A program made the position numbers and the translations under genes. 64,000 nucleotides of DNA from Convolutriloba macropyga (Eukaryota), in contig NC_134474.1 of assembly GCF_964194025.1 (NCBI RefSeq), forward strand, positions 34,410,001-34,474,000, written 5' to 3'. Position 1 is the stretch's first letter. The number at the start of each line of letters is the position of its first letter. Shown here in pieces: positions 51,588 through 61,200 of the stretch. The notes under the pieces were generated by a model. It ran no database searches. It saw only the letters and a list, made by a program, of their open reading frames with translations, and was not told where the DNA came from.

Positions 51588-51666
51588 AAAAGTGTTGACC
51601 AAGACGGGAAATGAACCCGGGTCCCATGATTATTAAGCTGAAGTGATACCTCTGGGCCAAGGCACT
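51588..51666 (-). ncRNA. tRNA-derived Pol III cassette (A box, B box, T4 run); not a functional tRNA
   Basis: On the minus strand: TGGCCCAGAGG (A box, 51649-51659), T-arm cggg-TTCATTT-cccg (B box, 51607-51617) and TTTT at 51588-51591. The acceptor stem does not pair. Confidence 0.5.
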
Positions 51667-51967
51667 TTATGTGCTATTTTCTCGATCTGTTTTGTAATGT
51701 TTAGTTGTTACATGTTTTAAGATAGGGAATACCAAATAAGGAAGGATGGAGGGGACGATGAGGGACATTTCTTACAATAACTTTAAAATTTTCTTGTTAT
51801 ACCTTTTGAGATAAAGGGTCGAGCATTATTGGATGAGTCATTAATATAAATTTAGACCAATCACGTCTTAGAGTGCGGAGGTTTCTATTTATCGAAAAAA
51901 TACTTGAGCGTCATGTTTTCATCAGTAGCTGTCAACTGCAGTAACCCTTGAAACAACTAGCAGGGTT

Positions 51968-52231
51968 GTGAAGGATGAAATTGATGGTGGTGTGACCAAT
52001 TTAGTTTTTGACAAAAGTAATAAAGAGAGACCACCATGGCGTTGCTGTTCTAATACTGTAGTTCCGCGATCGGAGGTAATATTTTTCATCCAAGTCGGCA
52101 TTATTGTGCTGATGAGAAGCCTCTGCTTTGCTATGCTCTTTTTGATATCAGAGAGTTGTGAAGAAAAGTCAATTTGGATTGCATTGCTTTCAAGTCTAGT
52201 TGGTTACATTCTGCCAAATACTAAATTATGA
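51968..52231 (+). CDS. Small two-transmembrane Polinton protein
   Basis: W.CC....PRSEVIFFIQV[hydrophobic]...WIALLSSLVGYILP has two hydrophobic segments. Its stop overlaps the ATPase start (ATGA). The annotated start is GTG and is uncertain. Confidence 0.65.
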   Translation: MKDEIDGGVTNLVFDKSNKERPPWRCCSNTVVPRSEVIFFIQVGIIVLMRSLCFAMLFLISESCEEKSIWIALLSSLVGYILPNTKL

Positions 52232-52916
52232 ATAAAGTTGTTCTCACGCACGACAGAGTCTTTATGGTCTTTGTGGGACCCAGTGGATGCGGAAAAACTA
52301 ATCACATGTTCAACGTGTTACGAGGGGCAACATTCTATCCGCGTTTTCCAAAAGTATACTAATTTTATAAAGACTACCAAGAATTATTCACGGATGTACA
52401 ACGTCAACTCCCGAATATCGAGTCCATTAAATTTCATGGATTTGAGATTACGAAGAAATTATCAAACTGTCTATTGATATATGACGATTCATGCGAAGAA
52501 ATATTCAACGATAACGAATCTGTCAAAATTGCAACATCTGGCCGACATCCAAAACTGCACGTCATTTATGTTAAACACAATTTGTTTCAACAGAGCAAGT
52601 GATCCCGCACAATTGATTTAAACACAACTCACATTATTTTTCTTTAATTCGCTACGTGACATTCAGCAGATAGAATATCTTGGAAAACAGTGGAAATGTC
52701 TTCAACTGCTTACAGAAGCATATAAACTAGCAACAACCGAGTCATACGGACATTTGTTTATTGATTTATTGTTGATTTATTATTGACTTACGCTTCTCAT
52801 CGAACCTCATTGGACCCGAACCGTGGGTTTTCTATTTTACTTCGAAGGAAGCAGTCATAACACCAATAGCCAATGAAAAAGAAAAGCTTGCATATGCTGA
52901 AGCTTTGGTGCGTTAG
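52228..52916 (+). pseudogene. FtsK/A32-like genome packaging ATPase
   Basis: Translated by hand from ATG 52228: MNKVVLTHDRVFMVFVGPSGCGKT (Walker A), CLLIYDDSCEE (Walker B), ATSGRHPKLHVIYVKHNLFQQSK*SRTIDLNTTHII. Stops at 52360 and ~52600 plus frameshifts. Missed by the ORF track. Confidence 0.9.
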
Positions 52917-53148
52917 CAACAACTCGAAATCAAAAACTAAGAATAATATTCTCAAGAGCAATTTGGATTTCAGTTGGTTTCTCATCGACTGTGTTAGGAA
53001 CGTGCTTTCCGGCGTGGTGCCTATAAACAAGACAAAAATTCAAAAATTCGAGACTGAGCTACGACAGTCATCTAATAAAAATTCAACGCACAGTCGAGAA
53101 GTAAGCTTTTCCGGACAGCAAGAGGTCATCTATCTGATTCAACTTTAA
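52894..53148 (+). CDS. Small basic Polinton hypothetical protein (possibly frameshifted at the 3' end)
   Basis: FLIDCVRNVLSGVVP...KFETELR resembles a short conserved ORF I recall from Polinton gene blocks; it overlaps the ATPase end. Confidence 0.5.
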   Translation: MLKLWCVSNNSKSKTKNNILKSNLDFSWFLIDCVRNVLSGVVPINKTKIQKFETELRQSSNKNSTHSREVSFSGQQEVIYLIQL

Positions 53149-53179
53149 GCTAAACCTTGTCTGCAATATTTCCAAAAAG

Positions 53180-53689
53180 ATGTCAACTGAAGAATTCGTG
53201 TTGATTCCGCGCCCGATGTTCATAGAAGAGCAACGGGAGGTCGCACAAATTTTGCAGAACCCAGAAATACAGAATCCGGGTAAACAATTGTCACTCCTGC
53301 AAAGAAACTCAAAACCACAAACACCACCAGCTTCAATAGAATTCAGTTTGGAACAACAAACTGATAACGTTACAACTGCTGATGAAGAAAACCAATCGAT
53401 GATTGACAATATCAACAGTAAAGTTCTATATGATATCGATTTTCTACAAGGCGAGAAGTTCCAGAAAGAAAAGAAAATTTTAGAAACAATTAACGACTCT
53501 GAAATAATTTCTGTTGACAATGAAGGCAACCTAATATTCTCCAACGAAAACACTGAAGTTTCAGCATCAACATTTCTGTACGCATTACAGCAGACATCCT
53601 CAAAACTAACAGATGTACATTATCATATACTCCATCATCTAAACATTCCCACACAATTTACCTGCAACACCTACGCAAAAAACTCCTGA
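53180..53689 (+). CDS. Polinton hypothetical protein (169 aa, probably truncated)
   Basis: ATG-initiated open frame between recognised viral genes; no motif recognised. Confidence 0.55.
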   Translation: MSTEEFVLIPRPMFIEEQREVAQILQNPEIQNPGKQLSLLQRNSKPQTPPASIEFSLEQQTDNVTTADEENQSMIDNINSKVLYDIDFLQGEKFQKEKKILETINDSEIISVDNEGNLIFSNENTEVSASTFLYALQQTSSKLTDVHYHILHHLNIPTQFTCNTYAKNS

Positions 53690-53725
53690 AATTACCCGAA
53701 GAGCAACAGAAACAGAAGCTGGAAA

Positions 53726-54765
53726 ATGGTTACTCGACTGACAAAAAACGGAACATTGCTGTCAAGAGAGCAGAAGAAACATAGACTCCTGGCGTTGACG
53801 AGGAAGGCTTTGCAAACGCGGACGAAGAACTCAAGCCACCTTCAAACTCGAAAAGTTTTTTCGGAAGAAATTAAAAATCTAAATAAAATCTACACAACAA
53901 GCAAAGCATCATTTGGAAGCGTTGTCAATCTGCAAAAAGAGAGCGGTTTACCACAGAAGAAAGTTGAAAAGTTTCTGCAAACGAAAAACTCTAACACCAA
54001 ATATCGACAATTCAGAAAAATTTTTCCACGACTTAAAGTTATTGCTCACAGAATAAATAAAATATTGTCTGTTGACGTTGCTTATATTGACAAGTTAGCC
54101 AAACACAACAATGAAGTTAAATGTTTGCTGGTTACTGTGGCTGTTTTATCGCGTTATTTACGTGTCCAACCAATGAAGGCTTTATATTCAAAGGATGCTG
54201 TTGAAGCATTCAAAAAAATGATCAAGAATAAAATAAAAAACCAGAGATGGTATGGACAGACAAAGGCTCCGAATTCGAAGGAGAAATCAAAAGATTTTTT
54301 GAAAAAATGGAAATCATTTATGTACAACAGAAAACGAAACCAAGTCGGCATTTGCTGAGAGCAACATTCGACCGCTCAAAACATTATTTACCGATTCTTG
54401 GAGGAATAGTGGTCCTGTTCATACATTACAGATCTTTCTAATTTTGTAAATATTATTAACAGTCGTGTAAACCGTGTTACTAAATTAGCACCTAACAGAG
54501 TATTCAAAAAGCACGAACCGTCTTTGATTTTACCGGCACTCGACAACAATAAATACACGCCACGTTTCAAAGCAGGTGATTTCATTTGAATAGCCAAACC
54601 AAATGAAACATTTCGGAAAGGTTACACACAAAATTACACCAACGGAGTTTTCACTATAACAAAAATTGCCACGCTCAGTCCACCCACGTACCAACTGGTG
54701 GATGCGAACAAGGAAAAAATCCTGGGAAAATTCTACGAGCCTGAACTTGTCAACTTACATCCAGC
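53726..54765 (+). pseudogene. Polinton retroviral-like (rve) integrase
   Basis: SFGSVVNLQK...VEKFLQ, ILSVDVAYIDKLAKHN...LLVTVAVLSRY...QPMK, WTDKGSEF, AESNIRPLK, FRKGYTQNYT, TYQLVDAN.EKILGKFYEPEL; several frameshifts. True start uncertain. Confidence 0.92.
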
Positions 54766-55561
54766 GATGAATTTACATAAGGCTTATTATCAAACGCCTC
54801 AATGGATATTTTTTCGAGAAAACACAATGGCGTCATTTCGAAATCAGTTATCTCAGCCGATACAACTACAAGGACAGTGGAAAGTCGGTTTAACGTCTAT
54901 ATCATTCCCGTCAAATATCAACAATGTTAACTCAACCGAAATCATGGTTTACGACAACTCCGGATCTCAAATATATGCTTCACACCACCGAATGGGGCAA
55001 CTCAGGAAAATTCGAAAAAGTATCTATAAAAGCTGGGAACATCTTGTTCAGGAAACTATCCGTGTAGCCCATTTGACACAGTTTGATTACAAATTTGATT
55101 TCGTTACAGGAAAGCTCATTTTTACATTTGGTAAAAACGAGGGACTCTCATTTCAAGGAGACGAAATTCCCAGCATTCTTGTCTTCAAAGCGAAACCTGA
55201 TCCTACAAACGAAGGTTTTTTTCATATTGGCTATAAATCAGAAAAACTTAATAACAGAGATACTGGCGTTTTTCCTGTTGACATAACCTGCGGGTCACAA
55301 TTATTTTAATCTATATTGATCTCATTGAATATCAGCATGTAGGTGACTCACGTGCACCAGTACTCAAGAACATTGAGTCAGAAAGACGAGTGCGAAACGG
55401 CAGCCCGGACACTGTTACTCCAGTTTATCATAAATCTGACACAAATTTAGATTTTAAAAAATTGCTATCAAACGATATTCTGAACTGAGACTGGGGAACT
55501 CATTCCCCTTAATGGGACTAGCAAGGTTGTCGTTAGTCTCAAGTTCCAGAAAATCAACTAG
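54760..55561 (+). pseudogene. Minor capsid protein (penton, single jelly-roll)
   Basis: DEFT*GLLSNASMDIF/ENTMASFRNQLSQPIQLQGQWKVGLTSISFP...IYIDLIEYQHVGDSRAPVLKNI...ETGELIP..VVSLKFQK, typical of Polinton minor capsid N- and C-termini. Confidence 0.85.
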
Positions 55562-55564
55562 ATA

Positions 55565-55924
55565 ATGGAGGCGTACTGCAATAGCCGAGCATCCAATTCG
55601 ATGCCCCACTTCTCAGGACATTACAGACAAAGAAGAAGCGGTTTTGGAGCATTGGCTGCTGGCATCGGACGCGTGGCCTTACCTTTGTCAAGAAGAATTA
55701 TTTGGCCTGCAGCAAAGCGAATTCGTGGAGAGCTTCTTGTGCAAGGACCGCCAGAGATAGCTGAATTTGCAACAAAGAAGACAGCAAAGCAGGCATTAAA
55801 AATTGAAGTAGCAAAAAGAGTAAAAAAAACAATTAGGAGGATCATTTCACATCGTTCGACGCGTCATCAGACGAAAGAAGTCCCGGGGAAGCAAAGCTTA
55901 CAAAAACAAACCTTCTCTAATTAA
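55565..55924 (+). CDS. Small basic virion core or membrane-active precursor protein
   Basis: HYRQRRSGFGALAAGIGRVALPL resembles the RQRG.G|hG protease-cleavage motif followed by an amphipathic helix, then a K/R-rich tail. It lies between the minor and major capsid genes. Confidence 0.65.
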   Translation: MEAYCNSRASNSMPHFSGHYRQRRSGFGALAAGIGRVALPLSRRIIWPAAKRIRGELLVQGPPEIAEFATKKTAKQALKIEVAKRVKKTIRRIISHRSTRHQTKEVPGKQSLQKQTFSN

Positions 55925-56019
55925 ACGCGCATTTTCATCAAAAACCAAGCTGCATCAGATCGATCAGCTTCCTTTGAGAAGTTGATCAGATTTCTTCTCA
56001 AAAGTCAAAACTGCGCGCT

Positions 56020-57323
56020 AACATTGTTATCCCATCTGAGGCAACGCATAGTACATTGGACTTGTTCGAGAAACCCCCTCTGCTCTTTACGATTGACTAA
56101 GCTTTCGAGCAGAAAACTGGCCCCCTTTATTCTCCTACAGGATCTACACTGGAATTTGAAATTGTTGGAGACCGAAACAATTTCATCGACTTACAGCAAA
56201 TTCATCTTGAGGTAAAGTGCCGTATTGTGAAAAGCAATGGAAACAATTTAAGTTATAATACTGGATATGCCAATGTAAGCGACACACGTTTCTTCGTAAA
56301 TAATATCTTGCACTCTTTATTCTCTGATTGTACAATGTCAGCTAACGGTAGCAAAATTTCATCAGCTAATGGACACTACGAGCGCAAATGTTTCATTGAA
56401 ACTGAAATTTCTCATGGCTCAGACGCAAAAAGTACATAGCTGAAATGTCAAGGATACGAATACGAATCCGATCTCAACACAATTCCAAACGCTACTATTG
56501 CCCAACTGGACTTACTTGTTCGAAGATCCATCCAACTTACACTATACGGTAAAGTTGCTGTAGACTTTTTCTCATGTGAGAAGCAATTAATAAGTGGTGT
56601 CACAATGCGACTCTCTTTCCGAAAATCACAAGATGACTTTGTTATAATGAGTGAAGACGGTGCAAAGCATTTTAAAGTAAAAATCGATGTGTGAAAAAAG
56701 CTAATTTGTTCGTTCGCAAAATGACAGTATCGGATAATGTGGTGGGAGCAATTGAAAAAACTCTTCTGAAAACCCCAGCCATGTATCGATAAAACGAAGT
56801 TATTTCAAAAGCCTTTCTAGCACCAGCTGGACAACAAATCTGGAAACAAGAAGATGTTTTCACAAAGGAACCTATTCGAAGACTTATTTTTGCAATGTCT
56901 TCAAGTGCCGCTTTCATTGGAACCAACACTGAAAATCCATTTTTATATCGAAAATTTGGTCTAAGTGAGATAACTGTTTTTCGCAATGGATTTGCAAATG
57001 CTGGTACGCCAATGTCGACCAGAGACGATATAAGGCTGTACTTCAATTCAATGGGAGCCTTGGCCTTCAATGAAAATGGACACGGTATATCATTGGCTGA
57101 TTTCCCACGCCATTATATAATGGTGTGTTATCTTACGAGTACACAAGAAGCCACATATGATTCCATTTACACCGAATCAACAAACTCATCATTATCAGTC
57201 GAACTGAAGTTCGTTGCAGCATTAGCAAACAACATTGAAAAATTATCCTTGGGAGAAAAATGTTCAACAGTATACATCGATTCTACGAGAAACGTTTCCA
57301 AAAACTCTCTTCCTTTGAGCTAA
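56020..57323 (+). pseudogene. Major capsid protein (double jelly-roll); start approximate
   Basis: STLDLFEKPP...LEFEIVGDRNNFIDLQQIHLEVKCRIV...VNNILHSLFSDC...FIETEISHGSDAKST*LKCQGY...DFFSCEKQLISGV...ANLFVRKMTVS...IRRLIFAM...AFIGTNTENPF...LSVELKF; stops and a frameshift. Confidence 0.9.
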
Positions 57324-57778
57324 TGGATGAAGATCAGATATTCAAGATGATACAGCAACGCAAACACTTGAAACATAAATTCAACGGTGTCTATGCCACA
57401 GACAACTTTCCCCTGAAAATGTCGCCAAATTCTTTTACTATTTTCAACGCTTCACCTGCTGCATCAATTGGTACACATTGGGTTGTGTTAGCCAAAAGAT
57501 ATGCGTCTCCATTTATCTATTTTGCAGACCCTTTGGCTTTATCAATTTATTTGTATAGGCATTTTTGCGATCACCTATAGGGTATCAGTGCGGACACTAT
57601 GTATCAGGATCTTATGGAAGATAGACGAGAAACCGGAAAACCCTTGCAATGCGCGAACTCGCAACTGTGGGGACTTTTTTGCATATATATTGCTCACCAT
57701 CTTATGACTGATTACTTTCCCTATATTCCTGATGTAAATGAGATACAGTTGCTGTTATTTTTTAAACATATGAATTAA
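57323..57778 (+). pseudogene. Adenain-like cysteine protease
   Basis: FNGVYATDNFP...FNASPAASIGTHWVVL...YFADPL...*...PLQCANSQLWGLFCIY. His, Asp and Gln are present, the catalytic Cys position reads Trp, and there is an internal TAG at 57578. The start overlaps the capsid stop (TAATG). Confidence 0.88.
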
Positions 57779-58214
57779 AAATTCTCCAAAAAACTTCTGA
57801 AAGTTCATTAGATATATGATTCTGAGAATCGAAAAAACTGCAAAGCCAAAAATTAGAAATAGCGGTTCAATGTTAATTTCTAATAAACATTTTTAAATCT
57901 CTGAGAGAGGCAAATAAACTATGTCTAAAAGCTCTAAATTTTACAGACAGAACGCCCAAAGATATGCTGATTTTATAGTCTTTACATAAACATAAGCCTA
58001 AGCGGCTCTAGATAGTTGAATTTTTTCAGAGGACAACCTCCACTCCAGATCTTACACAATGTCAATAAGTCCCCCGAGGAAATAAATTTTTGTTGACGCG
58101 TATTGTGATTAAAGCTTGCTTAAAACAAATAAAGTAAGTTTGCTCTTAGCTGATTGGCTAAAGATACCCGGATTACTTTGATTATAGGAAGCAGTCTTTC
58201 ACTCATTGCTTTCT

Positions 58215-61200
58215 GCCAGGTATAAATGAATAAGTTTTTTTGACACCCTATACCCCTTTTGAGAAACGCTAAGTATCGATTAGGCAGGCTGCATGGGGAC
58301 GAGGTATGAATGAATAAGTTTTCTTTACCCCCTATAACCCTTTTGAGAAACGCTAAGTATCGAATAGATAGGCTGCAGGGGGACCAGGTATGAATGAATG
58401 AGTTTTTTTACACCCTATACCCCTTTTGAGAAACGCTAAGTATCAATTAGATAGGCTGCAGGGGGACCAGCTATGAATGAACGAGTTTTTTACACCCTAT
58501 ACCCCTTTTGAGAAACGCTAAGTATCGATTAGGTAGGCTGAATGGGGACCAGGTATGAATGAATATTTTTTTACCCCCTATACTCCTTTTGAGAAACGCT
58601 AAGTATCGATTAGGCAGGCTGCATGGGGACCAGGTATGAATGAATAAGTTTTCTTTACCCCCTATAACCCTTTTGAGAAACGCTAATTATCGAATAGATA
58701 GGCTGCAGGGGAACCAGGTATGAATGAATGAGTTTTTTTACACCCTATACCCCTTTTGAGAAACGCCAAGTATCAATTAGATAGGCTGCAGGGGGACCAG
58801 GTATGAATGATTGAGTTTTTTTTACACCCTATACCCCTTTTGAGAAACGCTAAGTGTCAATTAGGTAGGCTGCATGGGGACCAGGATTGAATGAATAAAT
58901 TTTTTTGACACCCTATACCCCTTTTGAGAAACCCTAAGTATCGATTAGGTAGGCTGCAGGGGGACCGAGTATGAATGAGTAAGTTTTTTTAATACCCTGC
59001 ACCCCTTTTGAGAAACGCTAAGTATCGATTAGATAGGCTGCATTGGGACCAGGTATGAATGAATAAGTTTTTTTACACCCTATACCCCTTTTGAGAAACG
59101 CTAAATGTCAATTAGGTAGGCTGCATGGGGACCAAGATTGAATTAATAAATTTTTTTGACACCCTATACCCCTTTTGAGAAACCCTAAGTATCGATTAGG
59201 TAGGCTGCAGGGGGACCAGGTATGAATGAGTAAGTTTTTTAATACCCTGCACCCCTTTTGAGAAACGCTAAGTGTCAATTAGGTAGGCTGCATGGGGACC
59301 AAGATTGAATTAATAAATTTTTTTGACACCCTATACCCCTTTTGAGAAACCCTAAGTATCGATTAGGTAGGCTGCAGGGGGACCAGGTATGAATGATTGA
59401 GTTTTTTTACACCCTATACCCCTTTTGCGAAACGCTAAGTGTCAATTAGGTAGGCTGCATGGGGACCAGGATTGAATTAATAAATTGTTTTGACACCCTA
59501 TACCCCTTTTGAGAAACCCTAAGTATCGATTAGGTAGGCTGCAGGGGGACCAGGTATGAATGAGTAAGTTTTTTTAATACCCTGCACCCCTTTTGAGAAA
59601 CGCTAAGTATCGATTAGATAGGCTGCAGGTGGGACCAGGTACGAATGATTGAGTTTTTTACACCATATACCCCTTTTGAGAAACGTTAAGTATCGATTAG
59701 GTAGGCAGCATTGGGACCAGGATTGAAATAATAAATTTTTTTGACACCCTATACCCCTTTTGAGAAACCCTAAGTATCGATTAGGTAGGCTGCAGGGGGA
59801 CCAGGTATGAATGAGTAAGTTTTTTTTAATACCCTGCACCCCTTTTGAGAAACGCTAAGTATCGATAAGATAGGCTGCAGGGGGGACCAGGTACGAATGA
59901 TTGAGTTTTTTACATCCTATACCCCTTTTGAGAAACGTTAAGTATCGATTAGGTAGGCTGCATTGGGACCAGGTATGAATGAATAAGTTTTTTTACAACC
60001 TATACCCCTTTTGAGAAACGCTAAGTGTCAATTAGGTAGGCTGCATGGGGACCAAGATTGAATTAATAAATTTTTTTGACACCCTATAACCCTTTTGAGA
60101 AACGCTAATTATCGAATAGATAGGCTGCAGGGGAACCAGGTATGAATGAATGAGTTTTTTTACACCCTATACCCCTTTTGAGAAACGCCAAGTATCAATT
60201 AGATAGGCTGCAGGGGGACCAGGTATGAATGATTGAGTTTTTTTTACACCCTATACCCCTTTTGAGAAACGCTAAGTGTCAATTAGGTAGGCTGCATGGG
60301 GACCAGGATTGAATGAATAAATTTTTTTGACACCCTATACCCCTTTTGAGAAACCCTAAGTATCGATTAGGTAGGCTGCAGGGGGACCGAGTATGAATGA
60401 GTAAGTTTTTTTAATACCCTGCACCCCTTTTGAGAAACGCTAAGTATCGATTAGATAGGCTGCATTGGGACCAGGTATGAATGAATAAGTTTTTTTACAC
60501 CCTATACCCCTTTTGAGAAACGCTAAATGTCAATTAGGTAGGCTGCATGGGGACCAAGATTGAATTAATAAATTTTTTTGACACCCTATACCCCTTTTGA
60601 GAAACCCTAAGTATCGATTAGGTAGGCTGCAGGGGGACCAGGTATGAATGAGTAAGTTTTTTAATACCCTGCACCCCTTTTGAGAAACGCTAAGTGTCAA
60701 TTAGGTAGGCTGCATGGGGACCAAGATTGAATTAATAAATTTTTTTGACACCCTATACCCCTTTTGAGAAACCCTAAGTATCGATTAGGTAGGCTGCAGG
60801 GGGACCAGGTATGAATGATTGAGTTTTTTTACACCCTATACCCCTTTTGCGAAACGCTAAGTGTCAATTAGGTAGGCTGCATGGGGACCAGGATTGAATT
60901 AATAAATTGTTTTGACACCCTATACCCCTTTTGAGAAACCCTAAGTATCGATTAGGTAGGCTGCAGGGGGACCAGGTATGAATGAGTAAGTTTTTTTAAT
61001 ACCCTGCACCCCTTTTGAGAAACGCTAAGTATCGATTAGATAGGCTGCAGGTGGGACCAGGTACGAATGATTGAGTTTTTTACACCATATACCCCTTTTG
61101 AGAAACGTTAAGTATCGATTAGGTAGGCAGCATTGGGACCAGGATTGAAATAATAAATTTTTTTGACACCCTATACCCCTTTTGAGAAACCCTAAGTATC

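Larger units (their letters stand above)
51968..57778 (+). mobile_element. Decayed endogenous Polinton/Maverick (adintovirus-like) gene block; no pPolB or TIRs identified
   Basis: Co-oriented, tightly packed packaging ATPase, rve integrase, minor capsid, major capsid and adenain-like protease homologs, each with stops or frameshifts. Confidence 0.93.

Noticed and set aside
51596-51666. Functional tRNA gene
   Set aside because: The acceptor stem and anticodon arm do not pair; kept only as a tRNA-derived cassette.
52238-52477. ORF-track protein MFSRTTESL...
   Set aside because: Off-frame to the real ATPase reading frame starting at 52228.
53083-57070. Minus-strand ORFs at 53083, 54154, 54388, 55621 and 56672
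   Set aside because: Antisense shadows of recognised plus-strand viral genes with no motifs of their own.
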